Positions 1-7,641 of a stretch of DNA of 24,753 nucleotides are shown piece by piece. The number at the start of each line of letters is the position of its first letter. The stretch's first letter is position 1. The notes under the pieces are model-generated. The model was not told where the DNA came from and searched no databases. It saw only the letters and a program-made list of their open reading frames with translations. Made by a program: the position numbers and the translations under genes. The DNA comes from a virus (lineage: Duplodnaviria; Caudoviricetes). The stretch lies in IMG/VR virus record IMGVR_UViG_3300032318_000382, positions 1-24,753 of that record. One strand, given 5' to 3'.

Positions 1-926
1 GTGCCAGCCATCTCCATCGCCCTGAAGACGCGGGTGTCTTGGCACAGGAGGCTCACGGCGGCAACGCGCATACCCATGTCGTACAGGGTCTTCGATAGCT
101 TCATGCGTTCGCAGTTCTGGTCGCGCACAGTGCGCCCAGCCGACAGGCCGATGATTTGCGTCTGCACTGCGCCAGACTGGCCAGTGGTGCAAAGGTCTTG
201 GCTGTAGGACATCATGCTTGGCGCGATGGCGCTGGGTGGCGGCGACTTGATGTTCTGGTCGATAATCTGCCGAGAGACGGTCTCGCTGTAGCTCTTGCTG
301 TCGGAGACGTTGACGTTGTTGTTCTGGTTGACGTTGTTCGTCGAGGCCGTGCTGTTAATCGTGCTGTTGCTCGTGTCGGTGTTGATGTTCCGGTTGGTGT
401 TATCGGACCTGCTGTTCACGCTCTGGTTGATTGTGCTGTTGCTCGTGTCGGTGTTGATGTTCCGGTTGGTGTTATCCGACGTGCTGGCCGACGTGTTCTG
501 GTTGATGTTCGTCATCGTGCCAGAATTGATATTGGTGTTCTGGTTGATGTTCGTCATCGTGCCAGTATTTTGGTTGATGTTGGTGCTCGTCGAGACGTTA
601 TTGTTGTTGTTCGTGTTGACCGACGTGCTGGCGCTCACGTTATTGTTGTTGTTCGTGTTGACCGACGTGCTGGTGCTCGTGCTGGCATTGACGTTGTTGT
701 TCGTGTTCACCGACGTGCTGGTGGACGTGTTGTTGTTGGTGTTCGTGCTGGTGGAGGTGTTGTTATTTGTGTTCGTCGTCGTGCTGGTGCTGTCAGACGT
801 GCTGTTGGTCGTCGTGTTATAGATATATTCCGTAGGCGCTACGGATGCAGGCGGAGGGGTTGCCTGCGCAAACACGAGAGAAGCCGCGCTGGTGGCGGCC
901 ACAAAACCAAACAGAAACCGTTTCAT
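1..926 (-). CDS. Secreted Asn/Thr/Ser-rich protein with Cys-containing C-terminal domain (3' end truncated; not in ORF track)
   Basis: Hand translation from ATG at 926 (overlaps TGA of upstream ORF): MKRFLFGFVAATSAASLVFAQ (signal-peptide-like), a long N/T/S tract, then PPPSAIAPSMMSYSQDLCTTGQSGAVQTQ...NCERMKLSKTLYDMGMRVAAVSLLCQDTRVFRAMEMAG. Frame stays open to the window edge. Confidence 0.88.
   Translation of the reverse strand, partial: MKRFLFGFVAATSAASLVFAQATPPPASVAPTEYIYNTTTNSTSDSTSTTTNTNNNTSTSTNTNNNTSTSTSVNTNNNVNASTSTSTSVNTNNNNNVSASTSVNTNNNNNVSTSTNINQNTGTMTNINQNTNINSGTMTNINQNTSASTSDNTNRNINTDTSNSTINQSVNSRSDNTNRNINTDTSNSTINSTASTNNVNQNNNVNVSDSKSYSETVSRQIIDQNIKSPPPSAIAPSMMSYSQDLCTTGQSGAVQTQIIGLSAGRTVRDQNCERMKLSKTLYDMGMRVAAVSLLCQDTRVFRAMEMAG
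361..673. repeat. Three pairs of exact in-frame direct repeats inside the N/T-rich gene
   Basis: 44 bp at 361-404/433-476 (period 72); 31 bp at 493-523/535-565 (period 42); 37 bp at 595-631/637-673 (period 42). Confidence 0.9.
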
Positions 927-1153
927 CACCTATCCGCCTTATTATCTAGTTTGTCCTCAATCCGACGAAGGTGTATCATCACCTCGTCGAACTTCTTGTC
1001 GATGGCGTTGAACTTCTCGTCACCAAAGCCAAGGCGCGCCTCCAAAAGCGTCAGCTTATTGGTGAGATTAACCCAGACGGTTATCAGAGCACCAATGAAG
1101 CTGAGAGCCGTGATAACAAAGCCGAGGATGGTGAAGAGAGTGTTCGTGTCCAT
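926..1153 (-). CDS. Small membrane protein (N-terminal TM helix plus coiled coil), holin-like
   Basis: Hydrophobic LFTILGFVITALSFIGALITVWV followed by a charged heptad-like tail; overlaps both neighbours by 1 bp. Holin function is inferred only. Confidence 0.7.
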   Translation of the reverse strand: MDTNTLFTILGFVITALSFIGALITVWVNLTNKLTLLEARLGFGDEKFNAIDKKFDEVMIHLRRIEDKLDNKADR

Positions 1154-1515
1154 TATTTTAGGTTCCGCAGCTTATACACTGCCGACAGATACACTTCTGT
1201 GACACCGTCGACTAAATTAGCCACTGCGCGGTTGCCCTCGCAGATGTCTTCGTGGTGCTCTTCAATCCAAGCCGCGTCAGCCGCTAGGAGTTTCAGCACA
1301 TCACGTTCAAATATCTTCGGTGCGGGTATGTTACCGATGAGGCTGAACGCGCCTTGGTAGGCTTCTACGAGTTTGTCGATTGCGTCGATGACATCGTCGT
1401 AGAAGTCTCCCAGTGCCATATGCTTTGCGAAGCTTCCCTCACCCTTCGCGCGCCAATGCTCAAAGTGAGCCACGTTGCGTGCATAGAACACGCGACTGAT
1501 GAGTTCTTCTATCAC
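1153..1515 (-). CDS. Dps/ferritin-like four-helix protein (DUF5856-like)
   Basis: AHFEHW...FAKHMALGDFYD...IDKLVE resembles the Dps HW...H...D..E ferroxidase-ligand pattern; C-terminal YKL; GTG start overlaps the upstream TGA. Confidence 0.7.
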   Translation of the reverse strand: MIEELISRVFYARNVAHFEHWRAKGEGSFAKHMALGDFYDDVIDAIDKLVEAYQGAFSLIGNIPAPKIFERDVLKLLAADAAWIEEHHEDICEGNRAVANLVDGVTEVYLSAVYKLRNLK

Positions 1516-1667
1516 TCGGCTGTTTCCTCTTCCTTGGGCAGTTGGCCTTCAGCCTGCTGCTTGATTTTCATGAGAAGCGGGAACGCGCCTGACGACGTGG
1601 GCAGGTTGCCCAAAGTCTGGAGGACGGCGTTCACTTCGTCTACGTTCAGGGTGATATTGATTTCCAT
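1512..1667 (-). CDS. Hypothetical 51-aa protein (not in ORF track)
   Basis: MEINITLNVDEVNAVLQTLGNLPTSSGAFPLLMKIKQQAEGQLPKEEETAE; AAGGAG upstream, TAATG overlap at start, GTGA overlap at stop. Confidence 0.85.
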   Translation of the reverse strand: MEINITLNVDEVNAVLQTLGNLPTSSGAFPLLMKIKQQAEGQLPKEEETAE

Positions 1668-2005
1668 TACTCTGCTCCTTCAGCCCAAGGCAGCGGTGGC
1701 GTCACTACGGGCGGGTCAATCTGGTCAGCAATCTGCTGCGCCACATTCGCTTCATAGCTTGCAACTTGCTCTTCGCCAAGTGCGGCTTGCACCCAGCCAA
1801 TGACCTGCGCTTCGGTGAGGTCTGCATATGGCGTGAATGTCGAACCTTCGTCGAGGCTGACGCCGACAGAGCCGTATACTGAGCCGTTGTATGTGCCGTC
1901 TGTGCCGACCAAGGTCCAATGCACGTTGAAGACCACATCGGTTTCGTCTTCATACTCTGGGTAGGCGTCCATCTGCACGACGGCCCATGTGTTCGTAATA
2001 GTCAT
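1667..2005 (-). CDS. Acidic tail-fibre-associated protein (DUF7936-like)
   Basis: DVVFNVHW...FTPYADLTEAQVIGWV...LPW motif, which I recognise from small genes that follow phage fibre genes. Confidence 0.75.
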   Translation of the reverse strand: MTITNTWAVVQMDAYPEYEDETDVVFNVHWTLVGTDGTYNGSVYGSVGVSLDEGSTFTPYADLTEAQVIGWVQAALGEEQVASYEANVAQQIADQIDPPVVTPPLPWAEGAE

Positions 2006-2008
2006 GTC

Positions 2009-5000
2009 TTAGTTTCCTTCTAGTTGAGCCACGCGGGCGGCAAGAGTGTCGATTTTCTCATTGGCTTCTTGGAGAGCCTTGATAAGCATAGGGACGAAGA
2101 CGCTGTATTTCACCGACTTCGTGGTTTCACCTGTCAGTTTGCCTTTCGCATCGCGGTCGGCTGTTTCTTCCACCAAGCCGGGGAATATTTCCTCAAGTTC
2201 TTGCGCGACAACACCGATGTGCTTCTGCTCAGGCTGCGTCTTGAGGTTGTAGTTGACCACCCGCACCTGCATGAGATTTTGCAGTTTAGGCGTAGCGTCT
2301 TCGATGTTGTCTTTGACCTTGATGTCAGAAATCGCGCCGTAGCTATTATTGGTGTTCTGTACGTTCCCGTTCGTGAAGACACGAAACCTGATGTTATTAT
2401 CGTCACCGCAGTTCAGATACGTACCCGTGGTGTTGCCCGTCCCGCTCGCGTACATCCCGATACAAACATCGTTTGCTGTATCGGCCACGCCGAAGCGGCC
2501 ACCCTGCACGACAGTGCCTATATTCACCAGCACATTACCACCGGAAGTGATGCGCATACGTTCGGAAGCGCCAGAGTTAAAGGTGTATACGCTGAAATTG
2601 AAGCCCACGGGCAGGTAAACACCGCCCGTATCATCAAAGCCATTCAACAACACACTGCCGCTTTCCAAGTACCAGTCGGACCGATAACGCGTTGCTCCGG
2701 ACTGATTGACACGCGACGTCCCTACAACTTGCAGTTTTGCGACTGGCGAACTCGTACCAATCCCGACGTTGCCGCTGCTGTCGATGCGCATACGCTCTGT
2801 GGCATTTGTATACACGATAAACGGCTGAGCCGCAGCTTGATAGACAAATGCGGAGCCGTCAGCAGCCGCACCGATAGTGACGCCTGTGGTGTTGCTGTTT
2901 ATGTATTTGGTAGCAACCTGAACATTGCTTGCCGTGTTTAATACCAGCTTATCAGTAGGCGAACTCGTACCAATCCCGACGTTTCCTGTTTCCGTAACGC
3001 GCATACGTTCTAGCATCGCTGCGCCGTTGCTTTCCGGTTGCGTCCAAACGGTAAACGCGCCCCCAAAGCCGTTGTTGGGGTTATAAAAACGAATTGCAGA
3101 TTGGCAGTTATTTTGCCCTTGGTATCTTGCCCTCACTTCAGCGAATACCGCTGCGCTTATGGGAACGTCGAGCAATATGCCGTTGTCGCCACCAGACGAA
3201 ACAGTGAGCCTATTTATTGGCGAACTCGTACCAATTCCGACGTTGCCGCTGCTGTCGATGCGCATGCGTTCTGCGTTGCTCGTCCAAAAGGTCATTGGTT
3301 GAGCAAGTTCGCCTACAAGGGCGATGGAGCCAGCATTGTTCTGTATGTAACCAGAACGAGTTGTCCCCGCAGTGTCGTAGAATGAGTAGAAACTGGCGGA
3401 GCCTTGAAGCCGGACTTCGGTGCCGGACACATGGAACTTCGCACCGAGCGAAGTCGTACCAATCCCGACGTTGCCGTTGGCGTCGATGCGCATACGTTCT
3501 ACGGTGTTGGTAAGAAACCCAAGAATTTTGCTTCCGCCTGTTGCGCTAATTACGGACGTTCCAGCACCCGCTGCCTGTAGGTTTAATATGCTGGTATACG
3601 CCCCATCCGAGCCGCGTAGAGTTATGGTGGGGTTCCCCGCGCCTACAATGTCTAGCACACTCCCCGGTGCATACGTACCAATCCCGACGTTGCCGCCATC
3701 CGCGTTAAAGAGCAACGGAGCGCCCGCACTCCCTGCGATAGACTGGAGCGAACCGGCGAAGTAAGAGCCGCCGACAAGGATGTAGCCTACGTTGAGCTTG
3801 TACGCAGTATTGACGCTGCTCTCACCTATGGCAATTTGGCTAGTGGACGCACTGGCAGTTGTGGGGTTTGCCACAGGAATAATCGTAAGTTTGCCGCCGT
3901 AGCTTGTTGTACCAATCCCGACATCACCTGTGCTGCCGATGCGCATGCGTTCTGCTGAGTTTGTCAGGAACCTTAGCGTCCCCGGATGCGACATCTGAGT
4001 GCCGTTGACGTTAGCGCTACCAGCAAAATCATACCAGCCACCGCTATTCGCAACTGTTCCAATAATGGTTCCGCTGCCGTTGCGGAAAGTCGCATCGCCG
4101 TTCACGTCCAGCTTCGTTGCTGGCGAAGTCGTACCAATCCCGACGTTGCCGCTGCTGTCGATGCGCATACGTTCTGTGGCGTTGGTCGCGCCATACCAGA
4201 CATGTATACCATTTGAGCCGACAAGGTACTTAGTGTAAAGCGCGTTGGTCAGCGTTGTGTTGTCGTTGACTGTAAGGCCGAAAGCCTCACTACTCGTTGT
4301 CGTGCTATATGTATGATACAGGTTTGAGCCGTAGGTTGTACCAGCGCGAAGAATAGCAATCCCGCAATCGGCAGCATTGTTTCCGCTAAGATTTCCAAAA
4401 GCGGTAATCCTTTGAACAGCACTCGTCGTCCCCACCAGCAAGTTGCCGCTGCTGTCGAGGACCATGCGGTCCCCTCCGGTGCTTGAATACCAACGAAGTG
4501 AGTTATCGGCAGCGTTGAAATAGTTTGAGTAAGACCACCCACTGCCGCTCAGGGCGATACCAACATTGCCGCTGCTGACGCGGAAATTGCCGCTGCCCTG
4601 AACCGTGAGTTTGTCACTCAGGCTTGTCGTACCAATCCCGACATCACCCGCGCTGGTGATGCGCATACGTTCAGAGCCACTGGCAGAAAAGGTTAGTACA
4701 CTTGTCGATGCTGGGTTCTGTATAATCCAACTCTCGTTGGCATCTTGGAAAAGCTGGATGCCTGCGGCAACGCCGGACAGGGTATTCACCAATAGCTTCG
4801 ACGTGTTTGAAGCGGCACCTTCTCCAACTTTTGCCGTTCCGGCTACAGTTAGCTTTGCACTGGGCGTAGTCGTGCTAATCCCCAGCCGGTCGTTGGCGTT
4901 GTCCCAGAACAGATTGGCGTTGTCCTGCGAATACACGCCAGAAGCGCCAGCAAAGACCACAGAGCCTGCGGTGAAGGCCGTGGACGTGCCTGTGCCCCCG

Positions 5001-7093
5001 TTGGCGACGTTCAGCGTGCCAGCGAGCGTGATTGCGCCAGTCGTGGCAGAGGCAGGCGTGAGGCCCGTTGTTCCTGCGCTGAACGACGTCACGCCGATAC
5101 CCGACAGCGTGGCCCACGTTGGAGCCGCACCCGTGTTGCCCACAAGCACCTGACCCGTTGTGCCGACAGCGGTCGCAGAAATAGCCGAGGTGCCATTGCC
5201 CAACAGGACGCCGTTCGCGCCGAGTGTCGTTGCGCCAGTGCCGCCCTGCGCCACTGTGAACGTGCCAGACGTGACTTGCGACGCGGCGATAGCGATGGAC
5301 GACGAAGAGGCCGACGTTACCTGACCCTGCGCGTTAATCGCCAGAACGGGCACGGATGACGCGCTGCCGTATGTCGATGCGCTTACGCCTGTGTTCGTGA
5401 TGCTGAAGACCGTACCAGCCAGCGTGAGGCCAGTGCCCGCAGTATACAGGACCGGCGCAGCGAACTGCGAGAAGACAATCGCCGTTGTGCCGACCGTAAT
5501 CGGCAGTGGCGTCTGCTGCACCCACGACGTGTTGGCTTGCGTTGAACCCGCAGTGACAAGGAAGAAATCGCCCGCGTCAATCTGGTCAACGCCAGAGCCT
5601 GCGCTGTCGAAGTCCGTTGCGCGTGTCAGGATGTACGGTGCAGCGCCGCTGCCGGTCTGCGTTACGGTGTAGACGCCGTTGTTCGCCTGCGCCACTTCGT
5701 TCTTGACCAAGATACGGTTGCCCACAACCACAGCCACGCCATCGACTGAAAGCGCGGCGTTGGCATTTGCCGTGAGCGTTGCGCCAACGCCAGAAGCGCC
5801 GTTGTTGTACGTGTTGGCGGGCAGAGCCGTAACCGTCGCCAAGCGCACGGACTGGTGGAAGTTGATGCCCGACGCGATGCTGTCGGCGTAGAGCTTGTTG
5901 ACGATGTCGGTGCCATTAACTGGCGACGCGCTGATTGTGCCTGTGGTGAGCGCAATCGACGTGATGTCGGTGTTGGCACCAGATGCCGCCGCGCCGAGGT
6001 TCGTGCGCGCAGTGCCCGCAACGCTCGCGCCTGTGCCGCCATTGGCCACAGCCAGTGTACCGCCGAGGGTCAGAGTGCCGCTGCTCGTTATCGGCGAGCC
6101 GCTGAAGGTCAAGCCAGTCGTGCCGCCAGATGCGGCAACGGACGTAACAGTGCCCACCGTGCTATCGTTCGACGTGATGGTGAAGTTAGGGTACGTGCCG
6201 CTGATTGTCGTCGTGCCTGCGCCTGTCAGCGTCACAATCTGGTCGGGTGCGGTGTTGACGACGTTGATTGAACCCGAGACTGTGATTGGGCCGCCAGAGA
6301 CGCTAATGCCCGTGCCTGCCGTCAGGTTGACGCTGGTGACCGTACCAGCACCCTCGATTGTCTGCCACTGAGGCTCGTCCGTGCCATTAGACACAAGAAC
6401 TTGGCCCGCAATGCCGGGATTGGTTAGCGCGAATTTTGACCCCGTCGAGTATACGACGGCACCAGCGACGGGAGAGAGCGCATCGCCAGTGCCGCCGCGA
6501 CCCAAGGGGAGCGCGCCTTGGGTTTGGGTTGTGTCGGACAGGTTCACCGCTGGGTGGACGTGGTCGCCGCGAGATAGGGTGACGGCAGTGCCCGGCGAGG
6601 CAACACCGAGTGCCGAGGGTGACACCACCGAGAAGTTGGCCCCCAGTGTGATGTTGCTGGCAAGCGAGCCGCCGCCTGTGAGGCCGTCACCTGCTGTGAT
6701 TGTGCGCGACGTGGGTACGAAGCCCGTGACGTCGAGTGGTGCCGTGGTGGCGCTCGTGACGCGGCCCTTGCTGTCGACAGTGAGGATTGGGATAGCCGAG
6801 CCGGAACCGTACGTTCCCGCGACAACGCCGCTCAGGGCGAGCTGGTCGAAGCCTACGCCGCCAGCCGCAATCGAGATGACGCGGTTTGCAGAGAGGTCTC
6901 CGCCACCTGCGAGGCCGGTTCCCGCCGCGATGACGCGCGAGGATGGCACCGCGCCGACGGCAGCGATATTTGCGAACTGGACCTTGTACGAACGGCCCTC
7001 GAGGACGTACGGCAGGTAGCCGAGCGTGCTCGAACCCGTATATTCGGGAAGGCCAGTGATTGGCGTCGGAATTAAGTTGGTAGGTACGCCCAC
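2009..7093 (-). CDS. Long tail fibre / receptor-binding protein with C-terminal peptidase S74 intramolecular chaperone
   Basis: 1694 aa, G/T/S/A rich. NGGTG and GTVTSV shaft motifs, repeated ERMRIDSSGNVGIGT units, and C-terminal SDIKVKDNI...HIGVVAQELEEIFPGLV...SVKYSVFVPMLIKALQE plus coiled coil (S74 signature). Confidence 0.92.
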   Translation of the reverse strand: MGVPTNLIPTPITGLPEYTGSSTLGYLPYVLEGRSYKVQFANIAAVGAVPSSRVIAAGTGLAGGGDLSANRVISIAAGGVGFDQLALSGVVAGTYGSGSAIPILTVDSKGRVTSATTAPLDVTGFVPTSRTITAGDGLTGGGSLASNITLGANFSVVSPSALGVASPGTAVTLSRGDHVHPAVNLSDTTQTQGALPLGRGGTGDALSPVAGAVVYSTGSKFALTNPGIAGQVLVSNGTDEPQWQTIEGAGTVTSVNLTAGTGISVSGGPITVSGSINVVNTAPDQIVTLTGAGTTTISGTYPNFTITSNDSTVGTVTSVAASGGTTGLTFSGSPITSSGTLTLGGTLAVANGGTGASVAGTARTNLGAAASGANTDITSIALTTGTISASPVNGTDIVNKLYADSIASGINFHQSVRLATVTALPANTYNNGASGVGATLTANANAALSVDGVAVVVGNRILVKNEVAQANNGVYTVTQTGSGAAPYILTRATDFDSAGSGVDQIDAGDFFLVTAGSTQANTSWVQQTPLPITVGTTAIVFSQFAAPVLYTAGTGLTLAGTVFSITNTGVSASTYGSASSVPVLAINAQGQVTSASSSSIAIAASQVTSGTFTVAQGGTGATTLGANGVLLGNGTSAISATAVGTTGQVLVGNTGAAPTWATLSGIGVTSFSAGTTGLTPASATTGAITLAGTLNVANGGTGTSTAFTAGSVVFAGASGVYSQDNANLFWDNANDRLGISTTTPSAKLTVAGTAKVGEGAASNTSKLLVNTLSGVAAGIQLFQDANESWIIQNPASTSVLTFSASGSERMRITSAGDVGIGTTSLSDKLTVQGSGNFRVSSGNVGIALSGSGWSYSNYFNAADNSLRWYSSTGGDRMVLDSSGNLLVGTTSAVQRITAFGNLSGNNAADCGIAILRAGTTYGSNLYHTYSTTTSSEAFGLTVNDNTTLTNALYTKYLVGSNGIHVWYGATNATERMRIDSSGNVGIGTTSPATKLDVNGDATFRNGSGTIIGTVANSGGWYDFAGSANVNGTQMSHPGTLRFLTNSAERMRIGSTGDVGIGTTSYGGKLTIIPVANPTTASASTSQIAIGESSVNTAYKLNVGYILVGGSYFAGSLQSIAGSAGAPLLFNADGGNVGIGTYAPGSVLDIVGAGNPTITLRGSDGAYTSILNLQAAGAGTSVISATGGSKILGFLTNTVERMRIDANGNVGIGTTSLGAKFHVSGTEVRLQGSASFYSFYDTAGTTRSGYIQNNAGSIALVGELAQPMTFWTSNAERMRIDSSGNVGIGTSSPINRLTVSSGGDNGILLDVPISAAVFAEVRARYQGQNNCQSAIRFYNPNNGFGGAFTVWTQPESNGAAMLERMRVTETGNVGIGTSSPTDKLVLNTASNVQVATKYINSNTTGVTIGAAADGSAFVYQAAAQPFIVYTNATERMRIDSSGNVGIGTSSPVAKLQVVGTSRVNQSGATRYRSDWYLESGSVLLNGFDDTGGVYLPVGFNFSVYTFNSGASERMRITSGGNVLVNIGTVVQGGRFGVADTANDVCIGMYASGTGNTTGTYLNCGDDNNIRFRVFTNGNVQNTNNSYGAISDIKVKDNIEDATPKLQNLMQVRVVNYNLKTQPEQKHIGVVAQELEEIFPGLVEETADRDAKGKLTGETTKSVKYSVFVPMLIKALQEANEKIDTLAARVAQLEGN
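2744..4672. repeat. Interspersed in-frame direct repeats (up to about 60 bp) encoding ERMRIxxxGxVGIGT
   Basis: Core GTACCAATCCCGAC is exact at 2754, 2967, 3456, 3675, 3909, 4131 and 4629, with one mismatch at 3228. 2744-2803 vs 4121-4180 match at 58/60. Confidence 0.95.
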
Positions 7094-7095
7094 AG

Positions 7096-7407
7096 CTATT
7101 CGCCTCCGTAAATTAAAAAGTCGTCAAAGTCCTCGGTGACAAGGAACTGATTGCCGTTTTCCGTAATGACGCCACTTGGGTTCGTCGGTATCGGTGCGTC
7201 GGTACGCAAAAACGGCAGCGTGATGTTTTCCGTCTGCCTTGCGGGCAAACGATAGGGGTCCAGTTGGTCGAGGTCGGCATCGCAGACACGCAAACCGGGG
7301 AAATTTATGTCCGAGTGCAACTTATGCAACGGGAACTTGCGGCTGCAGCGTCCGCAGATGCCGATACCCAGTGTCGGGTTGCCGCGTGTGTTCAAAAAGA
7401 CCGGCAT
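7096..7407 (-). CDS. Small CxxC protein, paralog B (with acidic C-terminal extension)
   Basis: IGICGRC...RVC...DPYRLPAR shared with the adjacent ORF; extension VITENGNQFLVTEDFDDFL. Confidence 0.85.
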   Translation of the reverse strand: MPVFLNTRGNPTLGIGICGRCSRKFPLHKLHSDINFPGLRVCDADLDQLDPYRLPARQTENITLPFLRTDAPIPTNPSGVITENGNQFLVTEDFDDFLIYGGE

Positions 7408-7637
7408 TAGCTTAATGCCTCGTCAGGACGCGGGAAGCGCAGCGCAATATGCTCGCCAGACCGTGCGGGCAAGCGATACGGGTCGTATTCGTCGAGGTCG
7501 TCACGACACACCTTCAGCGCTGGGCTGTTGCGGTCGCTCCACAACTCCTCCAACGGGAATTTGCGCTTGCAGCGGTCGCATATGCCAATGGCCAGCCACT
7601 TCTTTCCGCGCGTGTCAAGGAAGCCCTCTACTGGCAC
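7407..7637 (-). CDS. Small CxxC protein, paralog A
   Basis: IGICDRC...KVC...DPYRLPAR; GTG start; TAATG coupling to paralog B. Confidence 0.85.
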   Translation of the reverse strand: MPVEGFLDTRGKKWLAIGICDRCKRKFPLEELWSDRNSPALKVCRDDLDEYDPYRLPARSGEHIALRFPRPDEALS

Positions 7638-7641
7638 AGCG

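Noticed and set aside
156-1202. Plus-strand 348-aa and 175-aa Val/Leu/Arg-rich ORFs that look like membrane proteins
   Set aside because: They are antisense shadows of the AAC/ACG/AGC-rich minus-strand gene, which has the coupled start, signal-like peptide and conserved-looking domain.
2744-4672. CRISPR array (repeat-spacer appearance)
   Set aside because: The period is 200-300 bp, always in frame within a protein, the repeats have ragged ends, and there are no cas genes in the window.
2009-4900. Diversity-generating retroelement or invertase shufflon acting on the fibre
   Set aside because: No reverse transcriptase or recombinase in the window, no TR/VR pair with adenine-specific differences seen, and all repeats are direct. 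Factors encoded outside the window cannot be excluded.
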